64,000 nucleotides of DNA, from contig CAZBVG010000003.1 of NCBI GenBank assembly GCA_964495425.1, forward strand, positions 518-64,517, written 5' to 3'. Numbering within the stretch: position 1 is the first letter of the stretch; each line of letters opens with the position of its first letter. Position numbers and translations under genes: made by a program. Of the stretch, positions 39,515-49,867 are shown piece by piece. Origin of the DNA: an uncultured Candidatus Saccharibacteria bacterium. Lineage in GTDB: Bacteria > Patescibacteriota > Minisyncoccia > Phycocordibacterales > UBA6065. The notes under the pieces are model-generated. The model ran no database searches. It was not told where the DNA came from and worked only from the letters and a program-made list of their open reading frames with translations.

Positions 39515-39756
39515 TTGTTTATATGATCAACTATTTTTGATTTAAGTCTCATGTAGGACTTCTCGGCCTTTTTTTCGAGCGTAGGGGAGACAACTCTCAA
39601 AATTTCTTTCCCTAGTATTCTATAGTGACCTCCGACTTTATTCGCACGCAAGAGTCCTCGTTTGAGCATACGCTTAATCGTACTCTCACTTACTTTGAGA
39701 ATTTTTTGAGTCTCGCTTGTTGTGTAGACTGCGTGCGGTTTGATTTCTGTGCCCAT
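39502..39756 (-). CDS. small excisionase/BldC-like HTH_17 DNA-binding protein
   Basis: YTTSETQKILKVSESTIKRMLKRGLLRANKVGGHYRI. Confidence 0.85.
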   Translation of the reverse strand: MGTEIKPHAVYTTSETQKILKVSESTIKRMLKRGLLRANKVGGHYRILGKEILRVVSPTLEKKAEKSYMRLKSKIVDHINKWPQ

Positions 39757-39770
39757 GTACTTGTATATAA

Positions 39771-39799
39771 GGTAACAAGGGTGTCAAAAGGTGTCAAAG
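39771..39799. repeat. tandem ~10-bp direct repeats overlapping the HTH gene promoter
   Basis: GGTAACAAG / GGTGTCAAAA / GGTGTCAAAG; the minus strand reads TTGACACC twice. Confidence 0.65.
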
Positions 39800-39807
39800 C
39801 GCATATA

Positions 39808-39836
39808 TTGACTACAAGGCTATTTTATGCTATTAT
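39808..39836 (+). promoter_or_regulatory. sigma70-type promoter (cassette G)
   Basis: TTGACT(39808), 17 nt spacer, TG-c-TATTAT(39831-39836). Confidence 0.7.
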
Positions 39837-39907
39837 ACGCTCCAGAACTGGAATTTCGTCCTTTTCTCTCAATTTTGAGTCTCGCAACATAGCAAAAGGG
39901 GGTTACC

Positions 39908-40663
39908 TTGAAATCGCATGTGGTGTTAGTAACAACAACGTTTAGCCAAACCTTAGGCGACTATCGGGCGCAACTTGCCCTCAAAACCTGTCGGACTGCA
40001 AAAGAACACGGTTATCAGATAATCGTTGTCGACGGCAGTCCTTCACAGGAGTTTAAGGCGGCGCTTCGGGAAACCGGTGCAGTCGTGATTGATCAGGTAA
40101 AACCTGGTATGGGTCAGTCACGCCGTGAGTGCTTCTTTGCTGGTCTCCAGACAAGCGCACAGGTTATTGTCTGGCTTGAACCTGAGAAGTGGACGCTTGT
40201 TCCGCTTCTCGAGACCTCTGTGCATCTCGTTTATCAGGGTAACGTCGACATGGTTGTCCCGCGTCGGCGTAACTTGGACAATTATCCGCGTTACCAGCAA
40301 TGGTCGGAGTATGCGGGAAATTGGCAGATCGGTAACATCCTTGGTCGTCACGACCTGGATCTCTACATCGGCCCTCGTGTAATGACACGAGCTGAAACTG
40401 AGCGGATGATGTCTTACACCGGTCAGTGTGGCGAAAACGTCTACGGAGACAACTGGGAGATTCTTTTTATCCCGGTCTTGCACTCGCTTCACGAGGGTAA
40501 GAAAATTCTCTCGGTTCTCGTGGATTATGTCCACCCCGATGAGCAGAAGATCGAGGACACTCCTGAAATGATGTCGAAGCGTGACAAACAACGCGAAGAT
40601 CTTGTTTCAACTATGGACAGGGAAGCGCGGCGGATTGATTTTCCACGATACGCGTGGTCTTAA
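39908..40663 (+). CDS. hypothetical GT-A-fold-like protein (cassette G)
   Basis: TTG start after AAGGGGG; IIVVDGS, G..RR, VIVWLEPEK, DMVVP.R; GC-richer than flanks. Confidence 0.6.
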   Translation: MKSHVVLVTTTFSQTLGDYRAQLALKTCRTAKEHGYQIIVVDGSPSQEFKAALRETGAVVIDQVKPGMGQSRRECFFAGLQTSAQVIVWLEPEKWTLVPLLETSVHLVYQGNVDMVVPRRRNLDNYPRYQQWSEYAGNWQIGNILGRHDLDLYIGPRVMTRAETERMMSYTGQCGENVYGDNWEILFIPVLHSLHEGKKILSVLVDYVHPDEQKIEDTPEMMSKRDKQREDLVSTMDREARRIDFPRYAWS

Positions 40664-40672
40664 GTAATCAGC

Positions 40673-40704
40673 AGGCGGCACTCATAAATGGGTGCCGCTT
40701 TTTT
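40673..40704 (+). terminator. intrinsic terminator
   Basis: GCGGCACTCA-TAAA-TGGGTGCCGC-TTTTTT. Confidence 0.8.
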
Positions 40705-40749
40705 CTGCATAGGATACGTATTATAGTGTTGTGATATATTTACATTCAT

Positions 40750-43092
40750 ATGACATTAAACAAAATTTTACGCGGGACCGTCATAGCTTCTGTGTTTTCA
40801 GTGCTTCTGGTTCCTTTTATTGTTAGTACGAATTTGTTTTTCCCATTCATAACGGGCAAAGCGTTCTTCTTTAGAACAATGGTTGAGATTGGTTTTGCCG
40901 CGTGGCTCCTTTTGAGTATGAAGGATGTTGCCTATAGACCACGAAAATCTGTTCTTATGTGGTCCTTTGTAGCGTTTCTTGTCGTGATCGGTGTCGCTAA
41001 TATTTTTGGTCAAAGCCCGTGGAAGAGCTTCTGGTCGAATTTCGAGCGAATGGAGGGCTATATCACTATTCTTCACTTGTTCCTCTATTTCCTTATTTCG
41101 AGCAGTGTTCTTGCAACAGAGAATCTTTGGAAAAAGTTTATGAGCCTCTCAGTGGTCTCAAGTTTCCTTATGTGCGTGTATGCCTTTTTCCAACTTGCCG
41201 GAGCGCTCGTTATTAACCAGGGAGGTGTGCGAGTAGATGGAAAATTGGGTAACGCAACGTATCTCGCTATCTTTCTTGTCTTCAATATATTTTTTGCGAT
41301 CATATTGGCGTATAAATATCATCGCGAAAAAATTACTCGAACTGCAGCGATCTGGATGTATTCAGGTGTTGCGGTGGTGATGCTCTATGTGTGGTATTTC
41401 ATTGACTTCAACAATCTATTTACACGCGGCGTTCCTCATTTGGGTAAGAGTGTTGCATGGATTTATGTTGTTCTTGCTCTTGTCGCTGGTTTTACCTGGC
41501 TTTCACGAAAATTTACTGTAGCCGCTCTATATCTTTTTACAGTTCCTGTCTTTGCATTCGTTCTCTACTTCACAGCGACTCGAGGTGCCATTCTTGGTTT
41601 GATTGGAGGACTTCTTCTATCGGCGAGTCTTGTTGCTCTGCTTAATAAGAAAGATAAGAGGGTGCGTATTATTTCCGGATCAATACTCGGCGCAATTATT
41701 CTTGTTGTACTAGTCTTTATTGGGATTAAAGATACAGATTTTGTTCAGAAGAGTCCGGTTCTTACGCGATTCGCATCAATTTCTTGGAGTGAGACCAAAA
41801 CACAGGCACGATCATATATTTGGCCAATGGCTGTCACTGGTTGGAAAGAACATCCGATTTTGGGATGGGGTCAAGAGAACTTCAATTATGTCTTTAATAA
41901 GAACTATGATCCTCGAATGTACTCACAGGAGCAGTGGTTTGATCATGCGCACAACACAGTGCTTGATTGGCTTGTTGCGGGTGGAATTCTTGGGCTTCTT
42001 GCGTATCTTTCTTTGTTTGGCACAGCGATATATCTTCTTTGGAAAAAGACAGTAGGTCTTTCGCTTGTAGAAAAAGCGCTTATTACTGGTCTTGGTGCGG
42101 CGTACTTCTTCCACAATCTCTTCGTGTTCGATAACCTCGTAAGTTATATCTTGTTTGTGACTGTACTTGCGTATATTCATTATGAATCAACGAAGCTGAT
42201 TAAACCTGTTGCGCTCGAGGCAGATGAGCTTGATGATTCTGACACGCGGGTTGCTGCTCCGATTATCCTTGTAGCCCTCGTATTTTCTTTGTACTTTTTC
42301 GTGTGGCGAGGTTACGCGACGGGAACAACGCTTATTGATGCGCTTCGTGCGGTTAATTCAAATCCAGTGGCGGCAGAGGTGGCATATACTGCATTTGCTA
42401 AAGCGGTTTCATACGACACGTTAGGTCGTGCTGAAGTTGCGGAACGATTGGTCGAGTCAATTAAACCGATGAATGGTAACGGTATTTCACTTGAAACTCG
42501 CCAGAAATATTACGAGCTCACAAAATCTGCTGTTGATCGACAGCTTGAGCGATATGCAGACGATGCTCGTTATTATGTATTTGCAGGAGGTTTTTATGGC
42601 TCCTATAGTCAGTCTGAAATTGCTATTGAAAAGTTACAGAAAGCCGTGGAACTTTCACCAAAGAAGCAAACGATTCTCACTCAACTTGGTTCTGCATATG
42701 TTACTTCTAAACAATATGACAAGGCGCTTGAAATCTTCAAGAAAGCATATGAGCTTGAGCCATCATATGAGGTAGCAAAACGAATGTATGGTGCAGCTCT
42801 TATTTATGTGGGCCGTGAAGCAGAGGCGCGTGAACTTTTGGGTAGTGCTGCCGAGGATGCGTTTCTTTCTGCTTATGCTGACATGGGCAAGTGGACAAGT
42901 GTGATTCCGATGCTTAAGGAGCGCATTACAAAGGATCCGGGTAACTTCCAGAATCGAATGAATCTCGCTGCTGCGTACTTCCAGGCAGGTGACAAGACAT
43001 CTGCGGTAGCAACGCTTCGAGAAATGATTAATCTTGATCCATCGTTTAAGGAAACAGGCGAACAGTACATAAAGGAAATTCAAGGGCAGTAA
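40750..43092 (+). CDS. O-antigen ligase (Wzy_C/WaaL-like) membrane protein with C-terminal TPRs
   Basis: GKLGNATY, TATRGA, R..IW, PILGWG.ENF, FDHAHN..LD.L..GGILG; TPR repeats. Confidence 0.88.
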   Translation: MTLNKILRGTVIASVFSVLLVPFIVSTNLFFPFITGKAFFFRTMVEIGFAAWLLLSMKDVAYRPRKSVLMWSFVAFLVVIGVANIFGQSPWKSFWSNFERMEGYITILHLFLYFLISSSVLATENLWKKFMSLSVVSSFLMCVYAFFQLAGALVINQGGVRVDGKLGNATYLAIFLVFNIFFAIILAYKYHREKITRTAAIWMYSGVAVVMLYVWYFIDFNNLFTRGVPHLGKSVAWIYVVLALVAGFTWLSRKFTVAALYLFTVPVFAFVLYFTATRGAILGLIGGLLLSASLVALLNKKDKRVRIISGSILGAIILVVLVFIGIKDTDFVQKSPVLTRFASISWSETKTQARSYIWPMAVTGWKEHPILGWGQENFNYVFNKNYDPRMYSQEQWFDHAHNTVLDWLVAGGILGLLAYLSLFGTAIYLLWKKTVGLSLVEKALITGLGAAYFFHNLFVFDNLVSYILFVTVLAYIHYESTKLIKPVALEADELDDSDTRVAAPIILVALVFSLYFFVWRGYATGTTLIDALRAVNSNPVAAEVAYTAFAKAVSYDTLGRAEVAERLVESIKPMNGNGISLETRQKYYELTKSAVDRQLERYADDARYYVFAGGFYGSYSQSEIAIEKLQKAVELSPKKQTILTQLGSAYVTSKQYDKALEIFKKAYELEPSYEVAKRMYGAALIYVGREAEARELLGSAAEDAFLSAYADMGKWTSVIPMLKERITKDPGNFQNRMNLAAAYFQAGDKTSAVATLREMINLDPSFKETGEQYIKEIQGQ

Positions 43093-43097
43093 AATCT

Positions 43098-44117
43098 ATG
43101 AAATTTGAGAAAGATGTTCTGATCGCGCCACACACTACATTCAAAATTGGCGGGAGGGCAAGGTTTTTTTGCATGGTTAATTCTACAGAAGAGTTACTCG
43201 AGGCTTTGCAATTTGCTCGGATAGAAGAAGTACCTTTTTTTGTTCTAGGTGGGGGATCCAATGTTCTTTTTTCAGATGGCGATTTTCCTGGTCTAGTAAT
43301 TCATATGAACATGAAAGGTGTTCAGGTGGAGGAAAGGAAGGAGCAGAGTCGAGTAACTGTGGCTGCAGGAGAGCACTGGGATTCTTTTGTTGAGCAAACG
43401 GTTCGATTGAATCTATGGGGTCTTGAAAATCTTTCTTTGATTCCTGGTTCGGTGGGCGCTTCTCCGGTACAGAATATTGGTGCATATGGAGTTGAGGTAA
43501 TGAATTGTGTTGATTCGGTGCACACAATTGATGCAGAGACAGGAAAAGAAAAGATTTTTTCGAATAAAGAATGTCGATTTGCGTATCGTGATAGCATATT
43601 TAAAAAATTAGGTTTTAAACGATACATTATTACCGCTGTTACCTTTGTGCTCTCGACAAAACCTTCTCCAAATCTTACCTATAAGGATTTGCATCAATAT
43701 TTTCTTGATAGAAATATCACTACGCCAACCCAAAGAGAAATTCGCGACGCGGTTATTGAGATTCGCACGAGTAAATTCCCGAATCTTGCAACAGTCGGCA
43801 CCGCAGGATCGTTTTGGAAAAATCCAATTATCGATCCAAGTGATTATGAGCGTCTGGCGAGTGCATACCCAGGGTTACCGTCATACCCGGCAGGCGAAAA
43901 GATAAAAGTATCATTAGCATGGATTCTCGATCGTGTATGTAATTTGAAGGGATATTCACAGGGAAAGGTTAGATTGTTTGAAAGACAGCCGCTTGTTGTT
44001 GTTTCTGAGCAGGGGGCTTTATCGAGCGAAGTTAGGCATCTTTCGGAGGCTGTTTCTGGCATTGTTGAGGGTAAAACAGGCATACGTGTAGAGCCAGAAG
44101 TCGAGTGGGTAGGATAA
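43098..44117 (+). CDS. murB: UDP-N-acetylenolpyruvoylglucosamine reductase
   Basis: TTFKIGG, LGGGSN, IPGSVGASPVQNIGAYG, F.YRDS.FK, AGSFWKNP, EPEV. Confidence 0.96.
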   Translation: MKFEKDVLIAPHTTFKIGGRARFFCMVNSTEELLEALQFARIEEVPFFVLGGGSNVLFSDGDFPGLVIHMNMKGVQVEERKEQSRVTVAAGEHWDSFVEQTVRLNLWGLENLSLIPGSVGASPVQNIGAYGVEVMNCVDSVHTIDAETGKEKIFSNKECRFAYRDSIFKKLGFKRYIITAVTFVLSTKPSPNLTYKDLHQYFLDRNITTPTQREIRDAVIEIRTSKFPNLATVGTAGSFWKNPIIDPSDYERLASAYPGLPSYPAGEKIKVSLAWILDRVCNLKGYSQGKVRLFERQPLVVVSEQGALSSEVRHLSEAVSGIVEGKTGIRVEPEVEWVG

Positions 44118-44142
44118 GTTTTTTATGCTAGAATGGCCGTCT

Positions 44143-46638
44143 ATGGCCAATTTTCTGTCCAAACTATTTGGAGACCAAAATACCCGTGATTTAAAGCCAT
44201 TTGAGGCACTTGTCCCAAAGATTAATGCTCTTGAAGCTTCCATAAGTTCACTTTCTGATGTGCAACTTAAAGCCAAGACCGCTGAGTTTAAAGATCGCCT
44301 CTCAAAAGGTGAATCGCTCGACGATCTCCTTCCTGAGGCTTTTGCTGTAGTTCGTGAAGCGTCAAAACGAACCCTTGGACAACGACATTTTGATGTGCAG
44401 CTGATAGGCGGTGCTATTCTGCATTCTCGAGGTATTTCAGAGATGCGTACCGGTGAAGGAAAGACACTGGTCGCTACATTGCCGGCGTATCTCAATGCGC
44501 TCACGGGCAAGGGTGTCCATGTTGTGACCGTAAACGATTACCTTTCACGCCGTGACGCGGCATGGATGGGACAGATTTATGATTTTCTTGGGATTACAAC
44601 GGCGATTATCAATCACGAGGCATCATACAAGTATGATCCAGCTCACAAAGAAGCTGATCAACAGCGAGACGAGGAAGGATCATTTAAGGTTGCGTATGAC
44701 TTTTTGAAACCATGTACTCGAAAGGAGGCGTATATGGCAGATATTACATACGGAACCAACCAGGAATTTGGTTTTGATTATCTCCGGGATAATCTTGAAT
44801 ACAACCCTACAAATCTTCGTCAGCGTGAATGGAATTTTGCAATAGTTGATGAGGTTGATTCGATTTTGATCGATGAAGCTCGAACTCCGCTTATTATTTC
44901 ATCAGCAACATCCGATTCTGAGGATTTATATAAGATGTTTTCAAAAATTGCGGCAAATCTCTCTGTTGGTGCAGATTTTGAAATTGATGAAAAAAGAAAA
45001 GCGATTACCCTCACTGATGCCGGAATTACTAAAGCGGAAAAACTGTTAGGTATTGATAATATTTATACTGATCGTGGAGTAAAGTACGTGCATCACCTTG
45101 AAACCGCCGTTCGCGCAAAAGCGCTTTTCCATAAAGACAAGGAATACGTTGTAAAAAATAATGAGATCGTCATTGTTGATGAATTTACGGGACGACTTCA
45201 ACCTGGACGACGTTGGTCAGAAGGACTTCATCAAGCCATTGAAGCAAAGGAAGGCGTTGCAATTCAAAAGGAAACTCGCACATTTGCGTCGATTACCTAT
45301 CAAAATTATTTCAGACTCTACAAAAAGCTTTCTGGAATGACAGGTACAGCTCTCACTTCTCGAGAAGAGTTCTTTAAGGTGTACGGTCTCAATACTATTG
45401 CGATTCCAACAAATAAACCGATTGCCAGAATCGATAGAAATGATCAGATTTTCCAAACCGAAATCGGAAAATTTAAAGCAATTGCTCGTAAGGTAAAAGA
45501 AGTGAATAAAAAAGGGCAGCCGGTGCTCATTGGTACGGTTTCAATTGAGAAGAACGAACTTCTTTCGGAATATTTAAAACGTGAAGGTGTTGCGCATGAA
45601 GTGCTTAATGCAAAGAATCATGAACGAGAAGGTGAGATCATTGCTCAGGCTGGACGATTTGGTGCTGTTACGATCGCAACAAACATGGCCGGTCGAGGAG
45701 TGGATATCAAACTCGGTGGTATTCCAGCTTCTTCAGAACAAGCAGAAAAAGTAAAATCTGTGGGTGGACTTTTTGTGCTCGGCACGGAACGACATGAAGC
45801 TCGACGAATCGATAACCAGCTTCGAGGACGATCTGGACGACAGGGTGACCCCGGAGAGACGCAGTTTTTTGTATCACTTGAGGATAGCCTCATGCGCGTC
45901 TTTGCTACCGATATGGTTAAGAAGATGATGGGTCGCTTTGGAATTCCTGAAGATGAGCCGATTGAAAACGGAATGATCACGCGATCACTTGAAACAGCGC
46001 AGACGCGAATTGAAGGCTTCAACTTTGATGCACGAAAGCATGTGCTCGAGTATGACGATGTGATGAATCTCCACAGAAAGGCGGTCTATGAACGACGCAG
46101 AAAGATGCTCTTGGGTTCAAATGATGAAGTGGTTAAAGACTTGATGTCTATTGTTGATACCAACGATTCAAATATCATGTCAGCGATCGAAGCAAAGAAG
46201 AACATGTTCGGCGATGAAGGTTTTGCACAAGCGCTCCGTCATCTCTACCTCCAAACAATCGATATGTTCTGGGTTGAGCATCTCGAGGCAATGGATTATT
46301 TACGCTCATCGGTAAATCTCCGAGCGTATGGTCAGAGAGATCCGTTTATAGAATACAAACGTGAAGGTCTTGCTCTCTTTAAATCAATGCAAATGTCGAT
46401 AAATGCCCAAATAATTACCCTTCTTCCGAATCTTGGAGGGACGTCTATCGAACTTAAACCTCTCAATACGATAGAATCTGATGCAAAGGGGATTTTAGGA
46501 TCAGATAGTGCGGCAGTAGGGGGTGAAAGAAAGGGTAGAAATGAAAAAGTGATTGTGACTAAGAATAATGAAGAAAAAGAGGTAAAATGGAAGAAGCTCG
46601 ATTCATACCTTAAAGATGGTTGGGTTGTGAAAGAATAG
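44143..46638 (+). CDS. secA: preprotein translocase ATPase SecA
   Basis: MRTGEGKT, VTVNDYL, IVDEVDSILIDEARTPLIIS, ATNMAGRG, QLRGRSGRQGDPG; start moved to ATG 44143. Confidence 0.98.
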   Translation: MANFLSKLFGDQNTRDLKPFEALVPKINALEASISSLSDVQLKAKTAEFKDRLSKGESLDDLLPEAFAVVREASKRTLGQRHFDVQLIGGAILHSRGISEMRTGEGKTLVATLPAYLNALTGKGVHVVTVNDYLSRRDAAWMGQIYDFLGITTAIINHEASYKYDPAHKEADQQRDEEGSFKVAYDFLKPCTRKEAYMADITYGTNQEFGFDYLRDNLEYNPTNLRQREWNFAIVDEVDSILIDEARTPLIISSATSDSEDLYKMFSKIAANLSVGADFEIDEKRKAITLTDAGITKAEKLLGIDNIYTDRGVKYVHHLETAVRAKALFHKDKEYVVKNNEIVIVDEFTGRLQPGRRWSEGLHQAIEAKEGVAIQKETRTFASITYQNYFRLYKKLSGMTGTALTSREEFFKVYGLNTIAIPTNKPIARIDRNDQIFQTEIGKFKAIARKVKEVNKKGQPVLIGTVSIEKNELLSEYLKREGVAHEVLNAKNHEREGEIIAQAGRFGAVTIATNMAGRGVDIKLGGIPASSEQAEKVKSVGGLFVLGTERHEARRIDNQLRGRSGRQGDPGETQFFVSLEDSLMRVFATDMVKKMMGRFGIPEDEPIENGMITRSLETAQTRIEGFNFDARKHVLEYDDVMNLHRKAVYERRRKMLLGSNDEVVKDLMSIVDTNDSNIMSAIEAKKNMFGDEGFAQALRHLYLQTIDMFWVEHLEAMDYLRSSVNLRAYGQRDPFIEYKREGLALFKSMQMSINAQIITLLPNLGGTSIELKPLNTIESDAKGILGSDSAAVGGERKGRNEKVIVTKNNEEKEVKWKKLDSYLKDGWVVKE

Positions 46639-46645
46639 CGCACAC

Positions 46646-47206
46646 ATGCTCGAAGTAATCCTTGCACAATACGGTCTTATTGCGGTTTTTCTGGGAACTT
46701 TCCTGGAAGGTGAGATTGTTGTCATTGCAGGTGGACTTCTCGCAAGACTCGGTTTTCTCGAATTAAGTTTGGTTTTGCCAACTGTTTTTCTTGCTACATT
46801 TCTGGGCGACCTCTTCTTTTTCTATGTTGGTAGAAATCACGCTACCAACTTTTTGGAAAAAAGACCCCACATAAAGAATCGATCTGAGCGTATTCGGGGC
46901 CTTATTCATGAGCATCATAACAAGATTCTGTTTGGATATAGATTTTTGTATGGTCTTCGCATACCAACGCTTCTAGCCTTGGGTACAAGCGAGTTGTCGA
47001 CGAAAAAATTCGTCTTCATCAATCTCCTTAATTCCGTTATATGGACTATTCTCTTTTGTTTCGGTGGATACTTCTTCGGTGATGTCTTTACGCTGTTTGT
47101 GGATAACGTAAAGGCATACGAAAAGGAAGTATTTATAGGTATAGCTTTAGTTGCAATAGTGGTGTGGCTTGTTTCAATAGTAAAAAATAGAGAAGAATAT
47201 AATTAA
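46646..47206 (+). CDS. DedA family membrane protein
   Basis: FLEGE....GG.LA, LGD..FF..GR, RFLYGLR. Confidence 0.9.
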   Translation: MLEVILAQYGLIAVFLGTFLEGEIVVIAGGLLARLGFLELSLVLPTVFLATFLGDLFFFYVGRNHATNFLEKRPHIKNRSERIRGLIHEHHNKILFGYRFLYGLRIPTLLALGTSELSTKKFVFINLLNSVIWTILFCFGGYFFGDVFTLFVDNVKAYEKEVFIGIALVAIVVWLVSIVKNREEYN

Positions 47207-47211
47207 TTTCA

Positions 47212-48189
47212 ATGGAAAATCGAAAAAGAATTCTTATTATGCATGAACTTCCCGAAGGAGCAGAAAACGTGCTCTCAAAAGCAGATATGGAGGTTCTGGT
47301 TTCCACGAAGAAGAGTTATTCTGAAAAGGAATTTATCTCTGTGGTGAATAAGAATAAGCCAGATGGCATAATTACCTTTCTAACTGACCCACTTTCAAAA
47401 AAGGTCATAGAATCTATCAAATCTGTAAAGATCATTTCTAATTATGCGGTAGGGTACAACAACATTGATCTTAATGCTGCGCAGGCACACGGAAAAGCAG
47501 TTACGAATACACCGATAGATGGATATTCTGTGGCGGAATTTACCGCTTCGCTCGTCGTTTCATTGCTTCGTCGAGTAACAGAGGCTCATATGTTTACGAT
47601 TAAAGGAAAATATAAGGGCTGGGATCCAAATATGTTTATTGGCGAGAGTCTTCGTGGAAAGACTTTGGGAATTATTGGTAGTGGCCATATTGGATCAAGT
47701 GCAGCGACTATTCTTCATCGAGGTTTCGGCATGAATGTGGTTTATGCTGATATAGCTCCAAATGAGAAAATCGAGAAAGAGCTGGGTGCCAAGCGACTAG
47801 ACACAGATGAGCTTTTTAAAGTGGCAGACGTGGTGAGTCTTCATGTAAATTTAAGTGAATCAACAAAGCATTTGGTCAATGCGACAAGGCTTTCTTCAAT
47901 GAAAAAAACCGCGGTCATTATCAATACTGCGCGTGGTCCAGTTGTGGATGAAAAAGCGCTCACACATGCACTAGCAAAGGGTTTAATTGCCGGAGCAGCG
48001 CTTGATGTATTTGAATTTGAGCCAAAGCTAACAAAAGCTCTTACCAAGATGCCTAATGTCATTCTGACGCCTCACATAGCCTCTGCAACCAGGGAAGCTC
48101 GAACCGATATGTCACTTATTGCTGCACAGAATATTGTTGATTTCTTTGCAGGAAAAAAACCGCAGGGAGCGGTTTATATTCCTAATTAG
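47212..48189 (+). CDS. D-isomer-specific 2-hydroxyacid dehydrogenase (glyoxylate reductase/D-glycerate DH-like)
   Basis: AVGYNNID, LGIIGSGHIG, INTARGPVVDE, LDVFEFEP, TPHIASAT. Confidence 0.92.
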   Translation: MENRKRILIMHELPEGAENVLSKADMEVLVSTKKSYSEKEFISVVNKNKPDGIITFLTDPLSKKVIESIKSVKIISNYAVGYNNIDLNAAQAHGKAVTNTPIDGYSVAEFTASLVVSLLRRVTEAHMFTIKGKYKGWDPNMFIGESLRGKTLGIIGSGHIGSSAATILHRGFGMNVVYADIAPNEKIEKELGAKRLDTDELFKVADVVSLHVNLSESTKHLVNATRLSSMKKTAVIINTARGPVVDEKALTHALAKGLIAGAALDVFEFEPKLTKALTKMPNVILTPHIASATREARTDMSLIAAQNIVDFFAGKKPQGAVYIPN

Positions 48190-48196
48190 CCACCCG

Positions 48197-49711
48197 TTAT
48201 TTAACGAGCATGTTTCCGGTCATTCCTTTTGGCTTTGTAATACCGAGGAGAGCCAGTATGGTTGGAGCTATATCCGAAAGTCCTCCAGACGATAGTGTGA
48301 GGGCTTTTGACGTAACAATTGCAGGTACAGGATTGATTGTGTGGGCAGTGTGCTTTTCACCAGTATGTGGATCAATGTTTACTTCGGCATTGCCATGGTC
48401 TGCGGTAACAAATGCTACACCACCTTTCTTTTCAAGTGCCGTTAGTACACGTTTGAGGTGCAAGTCTACGGTTTCGATTGCAGTAACGATTGCGGGAACA
48501 TTCGCGGTGTGACCAACCATGTCTGGGTTCGCAAAGTTTATGAATATGAAATGAGTGCCAGCATTTATTTCTTCGATTGCTTTGTCGGCAATAGCTTCTG
48601 CTCGCATTTCCGGCGCGAGATCGTGTGTTTTTACGTCTTTTCGGGAATCAAGCAGAATATGTTTTTCACCCGGGTATTTTTCTTCGATGCCACCGTTAAG
48701 GAAATACGTTGCGTGAGGGAATTTCTCTGTTTCAGCAATATGAGCTTGGGTCATATGTGCTGCTGAAACTTCTTTAGCGATGGTTGTTTCAATTGTTCGA
48801 GGAGGGAAGGCAACTTTGCAGGAGAATGTTTTGTCATATTCCGTGAGTGTTACGAAAGCAATATCTTCCTTTTGTGCCTTTTCAATCATTTTCTTTGAAA
48901 TCATGCGAGCGCGATCTGCTCGGAAATTAAAGAAGAATACGCCATCGTGCGCCTTGATTGGATAGCTTTTACCATTTTTATCCAAGAAGATGATGGGTTC
49001 GAGATGTTCGTCAAGAACGCCTTTTGCATGGAGTTGAGAAACGACTTCTGATGGAATATCGCCTGGTTTGCACACGGTTCCTTTGCATTCAAACAATGCT
49101 TCTTCGGCTTTTTTTAGGCGATCCCAATTGTTGTCTCGGTCCATTGCGTAAAAGCGCCCAGTTGCAGTAGCAATAAAGCCAACACCGATTTTTTCAAGAT
49201 CTGATTCTAGATCCTTTAGGAAGTGTGCTGAGGATTGAGGAGCCGTGTCACGACCGTCGGTATACAGATGAATCGCAATATTTCGTATACCAGCTTCTTT
49301 TGCTGCACGAACAAAGGCAACAAGATGATCTTGGTGGGCGTGCACGCCACCAGTGCCCAAAAGGCCTTTGACGTGTAGTGTTGATTTGTTTCTCTGTACG
49401 TGATTAAAAAGATCAACGAAAGCTGGAATTCTATTGAATTCACCTGAATCAATAGATTTTTTAATACGTACAAGATCTGTATCAATTACTGTTCCTGCGC
49501 CAATGGTTGTGTGTCCGATCTCAGAATTACCCATCTGTCCTTCAGGGAGTCCGACATGTAATCCTGATGCTTCGAGGAGATTGTGGGGGTATTCCTTCCA
49601 AATATGATCAAAGAAAGGTTTCTTTGCAGCAGCTACTGCGTTATGTTTTGAGTCCTCTCGATGACCCCAGCCGTCGAGGACGATCAGGACTACTTGTTTG
49701 AAGGTTTTCAT
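48197..49711 (-). CDS. gpmI: 2,3-bisphosphoglycerate-independent phosphoglycerate mutase
   Basis: LDGWG, GLPEGQMGNSEIGH, DGRDT, AMDRD, AETEK..H, NPDMVGHT, TADHGN; start moved to 49711. Confidence 0.97.
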   Translation of the reverse strand: MKTFKQVVLIVLDGWGHREDSKHNAVAAAKKPFFDHIWKEYPHNLLEASGLHVGLPEGQMGNSEIGHTTIGAGTVIDTDLVRIKKSIDSGEFNRIPAFVDLFNHVQRNKSTLHVKGLLGTGGVHAHQDHLVAFVRAAKEAGIRNIAIHLYTDGRDTAPQSSAHFLKDLESDLEKIGVGFIATATGRFYAMDRDNNWDRLKKAEEALFECKGTVCKPGDIPSEVVSQLHAKGVLDEHLEPIIFLDKNGKSYPIKAHDGVFFFNFRADRARMISKKMIEKAQKEDIAFVTLTEYDKTFSCKVAFPPRTIETTIAKEVSAAHMTQAHIAETEKFPHATYFLNGGIEEKYPGEKHILLDSRKDVKTHDLAPEMRAEAIADKAIEEINAGTHFIFINFANPDMVGHTANVPAIVTAIETVDLHLKRVLTALEKKGGVAFVTADHGNAEVNIDPHTGEKHTAHTINPVPAIVTSKALTLSSGGLSDIAPTILALLGITKPKGMTGNMLVK

Positions 49712-49749
49712 AGGGTCTTTATTGTACAAAATTTGTGCAAAACATGTCC

Positions 49750-49778
49750 TTGACGCGTGATATGACAAGTTGTAATAT
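49750..49778 (+). promoter_or_regulatory. sigma70-type promoter (cassette H)
   Basis: TTGACG(49750), 17 nt spacer, TAATAT(49773-49778). Confidence 0.55.
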
Positions 49779-49867
49779 TAGGAACCGAGTTAGTTCTCCA
49801 AAATCTATTCAATCAATCCAGGTTGGATAATTCAGTAAATGTTAGAAAATCGAAAGGAAATCCAGTC

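Noticed and set aside
39502-39756. Excisionase marking a mobile element
   Set aside because: No integrase nearby; the gene overlaps wzx as the first gene of the glycan operon.
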